64,000 nucleotides of DNA from Acidobacteriota bacterium (GTDB lineage: Bacteria > Acidobacteriota > UBA6911 > RPQK01 > JAJDTT01): NCBI GenBank assembly GCA_965263035.1, contig OZ253580.1:1664001-1728000 (forward strand), in the 5' to 3' direction. The notes under the pieces are model-generated. The model did no database searches, was not told where the DNA came from, and saw only the letters and a list, made by a program, of their open reading frames with translations. Made by a program: the position numbers and the translations under genes. This document shows positions 19,480 to 30,090 of this stretch, piece by piece; position 1 is the first letter of the stretch; every line of letters begins with the position of its first letter.

Positions 19480-21923
19480 ATCCCGCGGCCCCGTCGATGC
19501 TCTCGGCACTGACTCTGAGGGCCATTTTTTCGTTCTCGATTCTGCTGGCGTACGGGGCAGAAATTCGGGCGGCCGGCCAGGAATCCGTCTGCCAAGGGGA
19601 ATATGAGGAAGCCCTGTCCCTGATTCTCCAGGCCCGGACGGTCGAAGCCAGAGACAAGCTCCGGAAGTGCCTTTCCGGGGACCGGACCGACGCCGACCTG
19701 CATTATCAGCTCGCCCGCACCCACATCATCGACTTCAACCAGTCGCGCAATGCCGGCGAGGGTCGCCAGTCTCTGGGGAACGCCGTTCGTGAGCTGGACC
19801 GGGCGCTCGCCATCGATCCCGAACATCTCAACGCCCTTCGGCTGAAGTACCCGATCCACCGGGGAAAGGGCAGCATCCACTACGATCCCGGCGGCGCCTA
19901 CGAGCTGGCCCGGAAGGTCATGGATCTTCAGCCCTCTTCCCACCCATTTGTGCTGAACGTCGCCGAGTGGATGGGACTGAGCGGGGTCCGCTTCTACGTC
20001 GAGAGTGAAGACCGGGTTCCGCATGATTCCATGATCGGACTCGATCGGGCCGCCTCCCTCCTGAAGCAAATGCTCGGTGAGACGGTGCCATTCACGCCGG
20101 ACGAGGAGTCGGCGCTGATACTGCTGGGCAAGGTCCAGGCGAAGAGCGGCCGGCACGCGAAGGCCGTCGAGACCTATCAGTCCGCGCTGTTGCGGCGCCT
20201 GACGCCCGCCCAGAGGATCGAAGCCTTCCGCGGAGTCGGAATCAGCCATTTTCGCCTGGGAAACTACGCCGCGGCCGGCAAGTCCTTTCTCAACGCTCTG
20301 CAGATTCGGGTCGATCCGTTCAGTCAGTGGCTGTTCAAACTGGTCCTGGACCGTTTGGGGAATCTGCCTGTCGATTTTCCGCCCGAGCTGCTCTTTCCAC
20401 TTCGCCGGGAGCCGATCGATCCGGCGAACCCGCCCCTCCTGGAGTTCACCGACGTGGCCGCCGAACTCGGCGTCAACCGGCGGGACGGCCACGGCACGTG
20501 CGCTTGGGGGGACTACGACGGAGACGGGGATCTGGACCTGCTCCTGGGCGGGAGAGACACCTTCATTGCGCTCTACCGCAACGACGGGCGCCGGTTCGTG
20601 GAGGTCACGGATCGGGCGGGCCTGTCGAAGGTTCCATCGGGTTACAGCCTCAATTTCGTCGACTTCGACAACGACGGAGCGATCGACGTCTACGTCTGTC
20701 TCAACGGCTGGAGCGGCCCCATGGCCAACCGGCTCTTCCGCAACCGGGGGAATGGCACCTTCGAAGACGTCTCGCAGAGAGCCGGCGTGGCCGATCCGGG
20801 CTCCGGGTTCGTGTCCCTGTGGGGAGATCTCGACAACGACGGAGACCTGGACCTGGTGGTGGGCAACGGGGTTCTGAGGGACGGGTCGACCACTCAGATC
20901 TACCGAAACAATGGCGACGGGACGTTCGCCAACGTGACTCGGCAGGCCGGCTTGGCGGAGCCTCCCGAATTCGGGACCATCGGAATCGCGCTGGGCGACT
21001 ACGATCGGGACGGGGACCTGGATCTGTTCATCAACGGCTGGGCTCCCGCTCCCAACCGCCTCTATCGCAACAACGGCAACCTCAGCTTCACCGAAGTGGC
21101 CCGGCAGGCCGGAGTCGTTCAGCCCGCCCACGCCGGATACGTCTGTTTCTTCTTCGACTACGACAACGATGCCTATCCCGACATCCTGGCCACCAGTCTC
21201 GGTTCCTGGCCGGCGGTGCTGGCCGGTCTGCAACGTGCCTACTCGATCCCCAACCTGGAGGCGGTCGATCCCAACGCTCCCCGGTTGTTTCGAAACAACC
21301 GGGACGGCACCTTCACCGATGCGACCTGGGAGGCCAAGCTCTACTACCCGGTGGGCAGCATGGGCGCCGGCGTGGCCGACGTCGACAACGACGGTTACAT
21401 CGACCTCTTTTTCGGCACGGGAGACCCGCAGCTTTCCCGTCTGGAACCGAATCGTTTCTTCCGGAACAACGGAGACGGGACCTTTTCGGATCTGACCATG
21501 ACCTCGGGGCTGGGGCACATCGGAAAAGGTCACGGCGTGACCTTCATCGACTACGACGAGGACGGCGACCTGGACATCTACGCCCAGATCGGGGCGGCCG
21601 ATCCCGGGGACATGTGGGAGAACGCGTTCTACCAGAACCAGAAGGCGAATCGGAACCACTGGCTACAGGTCGATCTCGCCGGAACCCGAAGCAACCGCCA
21701 CGGCGTGGGAGCCACACTGGTGGCCCGGGCCGGCGGCTTGACCTTGCATCGCGAGGTGAAAGGAAGCGAGGGATTCGGCTCCACCAACCCCTATCGGGTG
21801 AGCTTTGGGTTGGGCCCCAGGACCCGGATCGACTCCCTCGACGTCATCTGGCCGAGTGGGGAGAAACAGACCTTCCACGACTTGCCGGCCGACAGGCTGA
21901 TCGTGGTGAAGGAAGGGGAATAG
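19473..21923 (+). CDS. TPR + FG-GAP/VCBS propeller + ASPIC/UnbV protein (CRTAC1-like)
   Basis: Signal peptide, helical TPR-like N-third, repeated GDYDGDGDLDL and YRNNGDGTF units, C-terminal NRHGVGA...FGLG...WPSG. ATG overlaps the upstream stop. Confidence 0.88.
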   Translation: MLNPAAPSMLSALTLRAIFSFSILLAYGAEIRAAGQESVCQGEYEEALSLILQARTVEARDKLRKCLSGDRTDADLHYQLARTHIIDFNQSRNAGEGRQSLGNAVRELDRALAIDPEHLNALRLKYPIHRGKGSIHYDPGGAYELARKVMDLQPSSHPFVLNVAEWMGLSGVRFYVESEDRVPHDSMIGLDRAASLLKQMLGETVPFTPDEESALILLGKVQAKSGRHAKAVETYQSALLRRLTPAQRIEAFRGVGISHFRLGNYAAAGKSFLNALQIRVDPFSQWLFKLVLDRLGNLPVDFPPELLFPLRREPIDPANPPLLEFTDVAAELGVNRRDGHGTCAWGDYDGDGDLDLLLGGRDTFIALYRNDGRRFVEVTDRAGLSKVPSGYSLNFVDFDNDGAIDVYVCLNGWSGPMANRLFRNRGNGTFEDVSQRAGVADPGSGFVSLWGDLDNDGDLDLVVGNGVLRDGSTTQIYRNNGDGTFANVTRQAGLAEPPEFGTIGIALGDYDRDGDLDLFINGWAPAPNRLYRNNGNLSFTEVARQAGVVQPAHAGYVCFFFDYDNDAYPDILATSLGSWPAVLAGLQRAYSIPNLEAVDPNAPRLFRNNRDGTFTDATWEAKLYYPVGSMGAGVADVDNDGYIDLFFGTGDPQLSRLEPNRFFRNNGDGTFSDLTMTSGLGHIGKGHGVTFIDYDEDGDLDIYAQIGAADPGDMWENAFYQNQKANRNHWLQVDLAGTRSNRHGVGATLVARAGGLTLHREVKGSEGFGSTNPYRVSFGLGPRTRIDSLDVIWPSGEKQTFHDLPADRLIVVKEGE

Positions 21924-21929
21924 AGCCGC

Positions 21930-21992
21930 TGTGAGAGGAGACTGCCAGTCCCCCGCTCCCCGGATTCGGGGGTTGAAAACCCCCGCCCCCAT
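21930..21992. repeat. REP-like hairpin pair
   Basis: GAGGAGACTGCCAGTCCCCC and CGGGGGTTGAAAACCCCCGCCCCCAT. Confidence 0.65.
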
Positions 21993-22043
21993 AGATCGAG
22001 ATTGGAGCGGCGGTTGGTGTAGAATTGCCGACAGGTCCCTCTC

Positions 22044-25000
22044 TTGAAAAAAAACAGAACCAGCGTCGTCTTCCTGTCCATCGCCGGACTGGCGTTGGTG
22101 ACCCAGACTCGTTCGGAGGTCGGTCCTTCGGACCTGGAGTCGCGGGCCACCGAACTGATCGCGGCCGAATGTCTCGGATGTCACAACTCCGACCTGGCGA
22201 CCTCCGGGCTGAACCTGACCCGTCGCGAGAGCGCCCTTCGCGGCGGAGACCACGGGCCGGTTCTGGTCCCAAGTCACCCCGAGTCCAGCCTCCTGTGGTC
22301 CAAGGTATCCTCGGGGGAGATGCCTCCGGGTAGTCCATTGTCCACGGCGGATCGTGAGGTCTTTCGAGAATGGATTGTCGCCGGCGCGCCATGGGACCAT
22401 CCGATCGGGTCGAAATCGCCGGCGAAACGCGGCGACTCCAACTGGTGGTCCTTCCAGCCGTTGCAAGAGTCACCGCCACCATCGGCCGAGACGGCTCCCG
22501 AACACTGGCAGACCTCGCCCATCGACCGTTTCGTTCACGCGCGGATGAAGGAAGCGGGTCTGGAGCCGAATCCGCCGGCCGACCCCCGGACGCTCATACG
22601 CCGTGTCAGCTACGATCTCATCGGCCTGCCGCCCGACTTCGAGGAGGTCTCGGCCTTCGTGGACGACTCCTCGCCTGCAGCTTACGAGAAGCTGATCGAC
22701 CGGCTGCTCGCCTCCCCCCGCTACGGGGAGCGCTGGGGTCGCCATTGGCTCGACGTGGTGCGGTTCGCCGAGAGCGAGGGGTTCGAGCGGGACACGCTCC
22801 GGGAAAACGCCTGGCCCTATCGGGACTACGTCATCGAGAGCTTCAACCGGGACAAGCCGTACCTGGATTTCGCGCGGGAACAGATCGCCGGCGACGTGTT
22901 GCCCCCGGTCACCCGCGACGGTCTCATCGCCACCGGTTTTCTGGTGTCCGGACCGTCCGATACCGTCGGACTCATGTCGAGCGTGCCCGTGCAGCGCGAG
23001 ATGGTTCGCCAGGACCAGATGGAGGAGATGATCGGGACGGTCTCCCAGACCTTTCTCGGTCTGACCGTCAACTGCGCTCGCTGTCACGACCACAAGTACG
23101 ACCCCATCCCGCAGCGCGAGTACTACCGGATGAAGTCGGCCTTCGACGGCGTCTGGCAAGGCGAACGGGACCTGCTGACACCCGGCGAACAGCGCACACG
23201 CCGGGAAGTCGTTCATCCGCTTGACGCGCAGATTGCGGAACTCGCAGACCATCTTGCAGCCCTTGAGATTCCCGCTCGCGGGCGTATGTTGTCACAGCGG
23301 GCAGACCGTCCATCGAGCATCGCCGCGCCCTCACCCTTTGCCCAATGGACGTTCGATCTCGACAGCCGGGACTCGGCGGGATCCCTGCACACCGAGATGT
23401 CGGAGAAAGTGGTCCTGGCTGAGGGGCGCCTGCGGGCGGCCGATGGCACGAAGCTTACGGAATCCGTCGCCAGGACGGTCCCACTTGCACGGGAATTGCG
23501 TGAAAAGACGCTGGAGGCCTGGATCTGGGTGAATCGCCTGCCGGAAAAGCAGGTCATCGTCATGAAGATCCACAATACGGAAGCGTTTCTAGGCACCGTC
23601 GTGGACGGCATCATGTACTCCGGCGGCGACGCCAGGGAGTGGCGAAATACCAGCTCGAGCTCGTTCCGCACCGCCGAAGGGACCGGGACGCCGGAAGCGG
23701 CTGAGGAAGACCGGCTGATCCATGTCGCCGTCTGCTACGCAGCCGACCACAGCATTCGGCTCTACCGCAACGGAAAACCTTACGGCAAACCTTACACCCC
23801 CGATCTCACGATCGAGGAAGGACTCCTGCAGACGTACCTGGCCGGAGAAGGCAAAGTGTCGTTCAACGTCTCCGAGGATCTTGAACTCGAGGAGGCGCGG
23901 CTCTACGACGCAGCCTTGACCGGAGAACAGGTCGAGGCCTCCTACCTCACAGGGGTTCTCAATGTCCGGCGGGAAGATTTGGACGAGGTCATGACTCCCG
24001 CCGAAAGGTCGAGCGCGCTGGAACTGCGCGCCGAACTGGAGCGATTGCGGGCGCGGCGGGAGACGATTCCGGACCCGCAGAAGATCTATGCCGCCGACGT
24101 CAGACAGCCCGGCTCGACGTACCTGCTCGAGCGCGGCGACCCCAACGCAAAGTTGGAGAAGGTTTCGGCCGGCGGCTTGTCCTGCGTCCCGACACTGTCG
24201 CCGGAGTTCGGGCTGGACGCCGACGCTCCCGAAGCGGACCGACGAATACGGCTGGCCGAGTGGATGGCGAATCCCCGAAATCCCATCTTCGCCAGAACCA
24301 TGGTGAACCGCGTCTGGCACTACCTATTCGGAAGGGGCCTGGTCGAGAATCCCAACGATCTCGGTTTCAATGGCGGTCCACCGACGCACCCGGAGCTGCT
24401 CGATTGGCTGGCCGGCGAGTTCGTCCGGGGCGGTTGGAGTGTCAAGAAACTGCACAAACGGATCATGATGTCGCAAACCTACCGGCAAGCCTCCGACTGG
24501 AGGGAAACGGCCGCGGCCATCGATGCCGGCAATCGGCTCCTCTGGCGATACTCTCCGCGGCGCCTCGAAGGGGAGTCCATTCGCGATGCGATGCTGCTGG
24601 TCAGCGAACAGATCAATTGGGAGATGGGGGGCGCCAGCTTCCGTCCTTTCCAGGAAGAAGAGAAGTACAACGCCTTCGAGATGTATACGCCGGTCGACTC
24701 CGATGAGCCCGCGTTCAACCGGCGAACCATGTATCGCATGAACGTCGCCTCGGCTGCGAGTCCGTTGCTCGATTCGTTCGACTGTCCCAATCCCAACGTG
24801 AAGACTCCCAAGCGAGTGGTCACGACGACTGCTCTGCAGGCGCTGAGCCTCATGAACAATACTTTCGTCCTGCGGCAGGCCCGGGCGTTCGCCGACCGGA
24901 TCGAGAGTGAAGTCGAATCCGACCGGGAGCGCCACGTCCGGCGTGCTTTCGAAATCGCGCTCGGACGAACGCCGGGGCATGAGGAGTTGGCGTGGAGTGA

Positions 25001-25079
25001 AGATCTGGTCGGTGAACACGGCCTGTCGAGCCTCTGCTGGGGGCTCTTCAACACCAGTGAGTTTCTCTACGTGAATTGA
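22044..25079 (+). CDS. Planctomycete cytochrome c / DUF1549 / LamG-like / DUF1553 protein
   Basis: CLGCH and CARCH haem motifs, SPRYGERWGRHWLDV, TLEAW...HVAVCY...LYRNG LamG-like insert, HPELLDWLA, QALSLMN. Confidence 0.92.
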   Translation: MKKNRTSVVFLSIAGLALVTQTRSEVGPSDLESRATELIAAECLGCHNSDLATSGLNLTRRESALRGGDHGPVLVPSHPESSLLWSKVSSGEMPPGSPLSTADREVFREWIVAGAPWDHPIGSKSPAKRGDSNWWSFQPLQESPPPSAETAPEHWQTSPIDRFVHARMKEAGLEPNPPADPRTLIRRVSYDLIGLPPDFEEVSAFVDDSSPAAYEKLIDRLLASPRYGERWGRHWLDVVRFAESEGFERDTLRENAWPYRDYVIESFNRDKPYLDFAREQIAGDVLPPVTRDGLIATGFLVSGPSDTVGLMSSVPVQREMVRQDQMEEMIGTVSQTFLGLTVNCARCHDHKYDPIPQREYYRMKSAFDGVWQGERDLLTPGEQRTRREVVHPLDAQIAELADHLAALEIPARGRMLSQRADRPSSIAAPSPFAQWTFDLDSRDSAGSLHTEMSEKVVLAEGRLRAADGTKLTESVARTVPLARELREKTLEAWIWVNRLPEKQVIVMKIHNTEAFLGTVVDGIMYSGGDAREWRNTSSSSFRTAEGTGTPEAAEEDRLIHVAVCYAADHSIRLYRNGKPYGKPYTPDLTIEEGLLQTYLAGEGKVSFNVSEDLELEEARLYDAALTGEQVEASYLTGVLNVRREDLDEVMTPAERSSALELRAELERLRARRETIPDPQKIYAADVRQPGSTYLLERGDPNAKLEKVSAGGLSCVPTLSPEFGLDADAPEADRRIRLAEWMANPRNPIFARTMVNRVWHYLFGRGLVENPNDLGFNGGPPTHPELLDWLAGEFVRGGWSVKKLHKRIMMSQTYRQASDWRETAAAIDAGNRLLWRYSPRRLEGESIRDAMLLVSEQINWEMGGASFRPFQEEEKYNAFEMYTPVDSDEPAFNRRTMYRMNVASAASPLLDSFDCPNPNVKTPKRVVTTTALQALSLMNNTFVLRQARAFADRIESEVESDRERHVRRAFEIALGRTPGHEELAWSEDLVGEHGLSSLCWGLFNTSEFLYVN

Positions 25080-25090
25080 CGGAGTGCCAT

Positions 25091-26527
25091 ATGATCAGCC
25101 CATCAGCGGTCCAACGCCGATTTTGCCCGCTCTCCCGCCGCCGGTTGCTCTTCGATGCCGGAGCGGGATTCGGCTGGGTCGCGCTCTCTTGGTTGACCCA
25201 ACGGGAAGCGTTGGCTGGGGCGGCGGTGCGGGGGGCCGACCCAGCTTCGGGAACGGGCCGGGTGCCGCACTTCGCTCCCAGAGCCAAGCGAGTGATCCAG
25301 ATCTTCGCGGTCGGCGGCATGAGCCACGTCGACACCCTGGATTACAAACCGGAACTCTCCAAGCGAAACGGCACGCCGTTCAATATGACGACCTTTTTCG
25401 GCCAGGCGGGCCACCTCTACGGGAGTCCGTTCGAGTTCCGCCAGAACCGTGAGAGTGGACTGTGGATGAGCAACCTGCTGCCACATTTGCGCGGTTGTGC
25501 CGACAAACTCACGCTCATTCGGTCGATGGTCTCCAACAGCGCCAACCACATGCCCGCTGTGGCTCAGATGAACACCGGTTTCGCGCTGAGCGGCTTCCCC
25601 AGCATGGGTGCCTGGGTCAGCTACGGGCTGGGCACCGAGAACGAGGACCTGCCGGCGTTCGTCGTCCTGCCCGACCCCGCCGACCACCCTTGGGGCAGCG
25701 GCCTGCAATGGGGTGCTTCATTCCTGCCCGCTTCTCATCAGGGGACGCCGTTTCGAACGTCCGGCGATGCCTTGGCTGACCTGACCACTCCCGAGTCCGT
25801 CCTGCCCGCGGAACGGAGTGCGAGCCTGGAATGGCTGGCGCGAATGAATCGAATCCACCAGCGGGAACATCCGGGAGACAGCTCGCTGCTGGCGCGTATC
25901 AGCTCATACGAACTGGCGGCGCGGATGCAGTTGAGCGTCCCCGAGATTGCCGATATCGAGCGCGAAAGCGAGAGTACTCGCCGTCTCTACGGCCTCGACT
26001 CGAAAGAAACCGAAGCGCTCGGCCGCCGCTGTCTGCTGGCGCGCCGCTTGCTGGAGCGCGGAGTCCGGTTCGTTCAGGTGTATCACGGCGGCACCAAGAA
26101 AACTTGGGACGCCCACTCCAGGCTGGAGAAACACCACACCAAGATGGCGTTGGAGTACGATCGTCCGGTCGCCGGCCTGCTCCGGGACCTGGATTCGCGC
26201 GGCATGCTGGAGGATACCCTCGTATTGGGTGTGACCGAGTTCGGCCGGACGCCCGTCGCCCAGGGAGGCAGCCTGGGACGCGACCATCACCCCGAATGCT
26301 TCACCTGCTGGCTGGCCGGCGCCGGTCTCAAGCGGGGATTCAGCTACGGAGCCTCAGACGAACTGGGCTACAAACCGGCGGAGAACCCCGTCACGATCTA
26401 CGACTACCACGCCACGGTCCTCCACCTGCTGGGGATCGACCACAAACGCCTCACCTACTACCACAACGGCATCGAACGCCGGCTGACCGACGTCCACGGG
26501 AGAGCAGTCACCGAATTGCTGGCCTGA
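25091..26527 (+). CDS. DUF1501 domain protein (Tat-exported)
   Basis: GGAG RBS; LSRRRLL, AKRVIQIF, DYKP, PSMGAWVSYGLG, WDAH, EFGRTP, GRDHH. Confidence 0.92.
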   Translation: MISPSAVQRRFCPLSRRRLLFDAGAGFGWVALSWLTQREALAGAAVRGADPASGTGRVPHFAPRAKRVIQIFAVGGMSHVDTLDYKPELSKRNGTPFNMTTFFGQAGHLYGSPFEFRQNRESGLWMSNLLPHLRGCADKLTLIRSMVSNSANHMPAVAQMNTGFALSGFPSMGAWVSYGLGTENEDLPAFVVLPDPADHPWGSGLQWGASFLPASHQGTPFRTSGDALADLTTPESVLPAERSASLEWLARMNRIHQREHPGDSSLLARISSYELAARMQLSVPEIADIERESESTRRLYGLDSKETEALGRRCLLARRLLERGVRFVQVYHGGTKKTWDAHSRLEKHHTKMALEYDRPVAGLLRDLDSRGMLEDTLVLGVTEFGRTPVAQGGSLGRDHHPECFTCWLAGAGLKRGFSYGASDELGYKPAENPVTIYDYHATVLHLLGIDHKRLTYYHNGIERRLTDVHGRAVTELLA

Positions 26528-26704
26528 TGGGAGCGGCGACAGGAGCGGCGATTTCCAATCGCCGTCCCCGGGGAGCGGCGATTTCTAGTCGCCGATCAGG
26601 GGGGTTAGGGGGACGGGAGTCCCCCCTCTATATCGCGGATGAGCGGAGAGTGGGCGACTAGAAATCGCCCTTCCGGGTGGGCGACTGGAAGTCGCCCCTC
26701 CTAA
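26528..26704. repeat. Large REP-like cluster (about five hairpins) between convergent operons
   Basis: GGAGCGGCGATTTCCAATCGCCG, GGAGCGGCGATTTCTAGTCGCCG, GGGGGACGGGAGTCCCCC, GGGCGACTAGAAATCGCCC, GGGCGACTGGAAGTCGCCCCTCCTA. Confidence 0.82.
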
Positions 26705-29700
26705 AAGTCGTAGCGCAGTCCGAACTGGACCTGGCGGGCATCGCCGGCGTTGCGGATGGTTCCGAACCCGGCCGAGCCGAAACTGGTATTGGGATTCCCG
26801 AAATTCACGTGGTTGAAGGCGTTGAAGAGCTCGACGCGGAACTGCACCCGCTGTTCTTCGGCCACGTAGAAATCCTTGTGCAGTGAAATGTCCCAAAGCT
26901 GCAGTCCGGGTCCCACGATCGTGCCTGTACCAGCGTTGCCGAAGGTGTACGGGGCGGCCCGCGCGAAGAACCGGTCGCCGGTATTGAAGAACTGATTGAT
27001 CATCTGGTCCCGGGACGAGTGGCCCAGGTCGTTGGGATTCCGCAGCAGGTCGGGACGGCTGCCCCCTGCGTTGGAGACATTGAAGATATCCCTGGGTGTC
27101 AGAAACGCTCCGGATTGGAAGGTTCCGATCCCTCCCAGTTTCCAGCCGCCGAAAATCAAGTCAGCCGTTCGGCCGATGTCGCCGCCCAGTGGTCTCCCCC
27201 GCCCGAAGGGCAACTGGTAGACCCAACTGATGGACGCCAGGTGACGCGTGTCGTACCGGGTCGGCCCCGTGTCCGCCTTCCAGTTCCGGTTCCAGTCGCG
27301 AATCGGCTGGCCTTCCCAGAGCTGGGGTCCGGCGATGGAGGTGCCCAAGACCTTGCCCCAGCTGTAAGCGCCCAGGAGCATGAGTCCATCCGGTCCCATC
27401 TCTTTGCGCAGTTTGACCTGAAGCGCATTGTAGTTGCTGGTGCCCCAGTTGACCGGCCCGCTGATCCCGGACAGATCACAGATGCCGGCGTTTCGGCAGA
27501 GTGCCCGGCGCTGCGCCGTGGGTTCAGGACCCGGATAAGGGTTGTTGAGCCCGAAATTGAACACGTTCTTGCGGCCCGCGTTCCCAACGTAGGCCACCTC
27601 GACGCCCATTATCGGCAACAGCTCGCGATCCAGGCTGAGGGAGTACTGTTGCAGGTAGGGGGTTCGATTGTCGCGGATCAGACCCCGGCCTCCCGAGGCC
27701 GGCACGATGGAGGTCCCGAACGGACTGGCGAAGCTGACGGCGGGAACGTCCCGGTCGCTGGAGATGCTGACCGGCGGCACCCAGGGCCGGCCCAGTCCCA
27801 TGGTGATGGGGATGTCCAGAACCTGCCAGCTGTAGAAGACGCCGTATCCACCCCGAAGAACCGTCTTGTTGTCGCCCATCATGCGCCAGGCAAAGCCGAC
27901 CCGCGGGCCCCAATCGTTCATTTCGGACCCGCCGACTTTCTGCAGGCTGCGGTCGTAGTCGAAGGCGTCGTTGGTGACCGCGTTGCTGGGCGTGCCCGGC
28001 AGGGTTGGAACCGAATCCGGAAATACCCATTGACCGGAAGCGATGTCGATGCCGGTGATCCGGTTCTCGCTGTCATACGGGCGCTGCCAGATCTCGTATC
28101 GCACGCCCAGATTCAGAGTGAGGTCCGGATGGACGTTCCAGTCATCCTGGAGGAAGAACATCCACCAGGTCTGCTTCGTGTTGAGCTGCAAAAGAGCGGC
28201 ATTCAAGCCGGAACTGGTGACCGCGCCCAGCAGGTAGTCGGCCCAGGCGTTGAACTGATCTCCGGGGGCTCCGACACCGGCGACACTGAACCGCGGCGTG
28301 AAACCGATGATCCCTCGGCTGTTGGCCTCGAAGGCCATGTCCATGGCGTTGCGAATGACTTCGATCCCGACCTTCCAGGAATGGTTTCCCTGAACCTTGT
28401 TCAAGGTGTTCGAGTACACATAGTTGTTGTAGGGATTGTCCAACGGCGCGAAGGTGTCGTCGGCAATCGTCCTCCAGCCGCTGATGTTGATGGTCGGTAT
28501 TCCCGCCTTCTGCCGTTCGGGATCCACTCCGGTGATGCCCGCCCCCGCGAAGAATTCGGGTCCGGTCACGGCGCCACGGCTGCCGCCTTGCACGTAGAGG
28601 TCCGGCAGCGTGGTCTCGTTGTCCCGAATCTGGTGGTACTGGCTGAATCCGAAGTTGAAGGAGTTGATGGTGGTGGGACTGAAGGTGTGCGTCCATCCCA
28701 ACTTGTGATTCTCACCGTTCAAGTCCTGATTCTGGCGAAACCCTTGGAGGGGTGTGGTGCTCCCCCGAGGCTGCGGCTCCAGGAACTTGCGGTCCTGGTA
28801 GGTGAAGCGGAAGGTGATGGCGTCATTGTCGGAGAAGTCGCGATCGTAACGAAAGGAGTACTGGTCCTTGTCACGAATCCGATCCGGACTGGCCACGAAG
28901 TTCCCCGAGAATCCCGCCTGGGTCGGATTGGGGAAGAACTGGTTGATGAATTTTGCCTGCTGCGTAATCCGGTCGGCGGGAATGATGTTGTTGGGGAACG
29001 GTTGCCGCATGCCGGTCGCGGGATCCAGAGTGGCCGGGTCGTAGATGCAACCTTTGTTGTTGGCCGGATTCATGCAGTCGGTGCCCGGCGAGAGCAGGCT
29101 CGAGAAGTCGCCGTTTCTCAGTTCCGGCGTGGGCACGCTGATGGGAACGGTCAGACCTCGAGCGGCCCGCTGGCCTTCATAGTTGAAGAAGAAGAAATCG
29201 TTCTCGGAGCCCGGAATATTGCCGCCGAACGAACCTCCGAACTGGCTCCGGCGGAACTCGGGAATCCTGCTGGCGAAGAAGTTCCGCGCCTCGTGGTTGT
29301 CGTTGCGGTGAAACATGTAGAGAGCGCCGTGGTAGTCGAGCGACCCGCGTTTGGTGACGATGTTGATCTGGGCTCCGCCGCTGCGGCCGAACTCGGAGTC
29401 ATAGACGTTGGTCTGGATCTTGAACTCCTGGATCAAGTCGATGCTGGGGGAGAAGTTCATGCGGCCGGCGCCGCTCTCCTGATTCATGACGCCGTCGACC
29501 ATGGTGTTGTTGGCGTGGTCGGACATCCCGTTGGCCGAGATGCTTCCTCCGCTGTATTCCATGTATCCGACGGTGGTCCTCTGGACTCCCGGCGTCAGTT
29601 CCGCCAACTGCAGGAACTGGCGCCCGTTCAAGGGCAGCTCCAGCACCTTCTCCCGCTCGATGACTTCGCCGACCGTCGCCTGGTCGGTGGCGATGATGGG

Positions 29701-30090
29701 AGTGACCCCCTGGACGGTCACCTCGTCCGAGACCTCGCCGACCTCCAGTTCCACGTCGATCCGTGCTCTCTGGTCCACCTGGAGGATGATTCCCTGAACG
29801 GTCTTGGGCTTGAAGCCGGGCAGAATGGCCCGAACCGAATACTCGCCCGGATCGAGATTCACGATCCGGTAGTTGCCGTCCTCGCCGGTGACCATGATCC
29901 GGGCCACGCCGGTCCCGACGGCGGTGACCTCCACTTCGGCGCCCGGCATGACGGCGCCGGTCTGGTCGCTGACGGTGCCGAGAATGACACCCTTGCTGAC
30001 CTGCGCCAACGAAATGGTGTTCAGCGCGAGCCCGAAGGCGAACACTGTTGCCAACACCCGAATTGATCTGGGGATTCGAAGCTTACTCAT
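26701..30090 (-). CDS. TonB-dependent receptor, Oar/Acidobacteria type with N-terminal carboxypeptidase-regulatory-like domain
   Basis: AAGGAG RBS before ATG 30090; GTVSDQTGAVMPG, LPLNGR, QEFKIQTN.Y..EFG, FLQDDW, LTLNLGVRYE, terminal RQVQFGLRYDF. Confidence 0.93.
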   Translation of the reverse strand: MSKLRIPRSIRVLATVFAFGLALNTISLAQVSKGVILGTVSDQTGAVMPGAEVEVTAVGTGVARIMVTGEDGNYRIVNLDPGEYSVRAILPGFKPKTVQGIILQVDQRARIDVELEVGEVSDEVTVQGVTPIIATDQATVGEVIEREKVLELPLNGRQFLQLAELTPGVQRTTVGYMEYSGGSISANGMSDHANNTMVDGVMNQESGAGRMNFSPSIDLIQEFKIQTNVYDSEFGRSGGAQINIVTKRGSLDYHGALYMFHRNDNHEARNFFASRIPEFRRSQFGGSFGGNIPGSENDFFFFNYEGQRAARGLTVPISVPTPELRNGDFSSLLSPGTDCMNPANNKGCIYDPATLDPATGMRQPFPNNIIPADRITQQAKFINQFFPNPTQAGFSGNFVASPDRIRDKDQYSFRYDRDFSDNDAITFRFTYQDRKFLEPQPRGSTTPLQGFRQNQDLNGENHKLGWTHTFSPTTINSFNFGFSQYHQIRDNETTLPDLYVQGGSRGAVTGPEFFAGAGITGVDPERQKAGIPTINISGWRTIADDTFAPLDNPYNNYVYSNTLNKVQGNHSWKVGIEVIRNAMDMAFEANSRGIIGFTPRFSVAGVGAPGDQFNAWADYLLGAVTSSGLNAALLQLNTKQTWWMFFLQDDWNVHPDLTLNLGVRYEIWQRPYDSENRITGIDIASGQWVFPDSVPTLPGTPSNAVTNDAFDYDRSLQKVGGSEMNDWGPRVGFAWRMMGDNKTVLRGGYGVFYSWQVLDIPITMGLGRPWVPPVSISSDRDVPAVSFASPFGTSIVPASGGRGLIRDNRTPYLQQYSLSLDRELLPIMGVEVAYVGNAGRKNVFNFGLNNPYPGPEPTAQRRALCRNAGICDLSGISGPVNWGTSNYNALQVKLRKEMGPDGLMLLGAYSWGKVLGTSIAGPQLWEGQPIRDWNRNWKADTGPTRYDTRHLASISWVYQLPFGRGRPLGGDIGRTADLIFGGWKLGGIGTFQSGAFLTPRDIFNVSNAGGSRPDLLRNPNDLGHSSRDQMINQFFNTGDRFFARAAPYTFGNAGTGTIVGPGLQLWDISLHKDFYVAEEQRVQFRVELFNAFNHVNFGNPNTSFGSAGFGTIRNAGDARQVQFGLRYDF

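Noticed and set aside
20450-21600. Nucleotide repeats in CRTAC1-like genes as non-coding repeats
   Set aside because: They encode FG-GAP/VCBS blades.
26528-26704. CRISPR array
   Set aside because: Units are non-identical, in both orientations and irregularly spaced; no cas genes.
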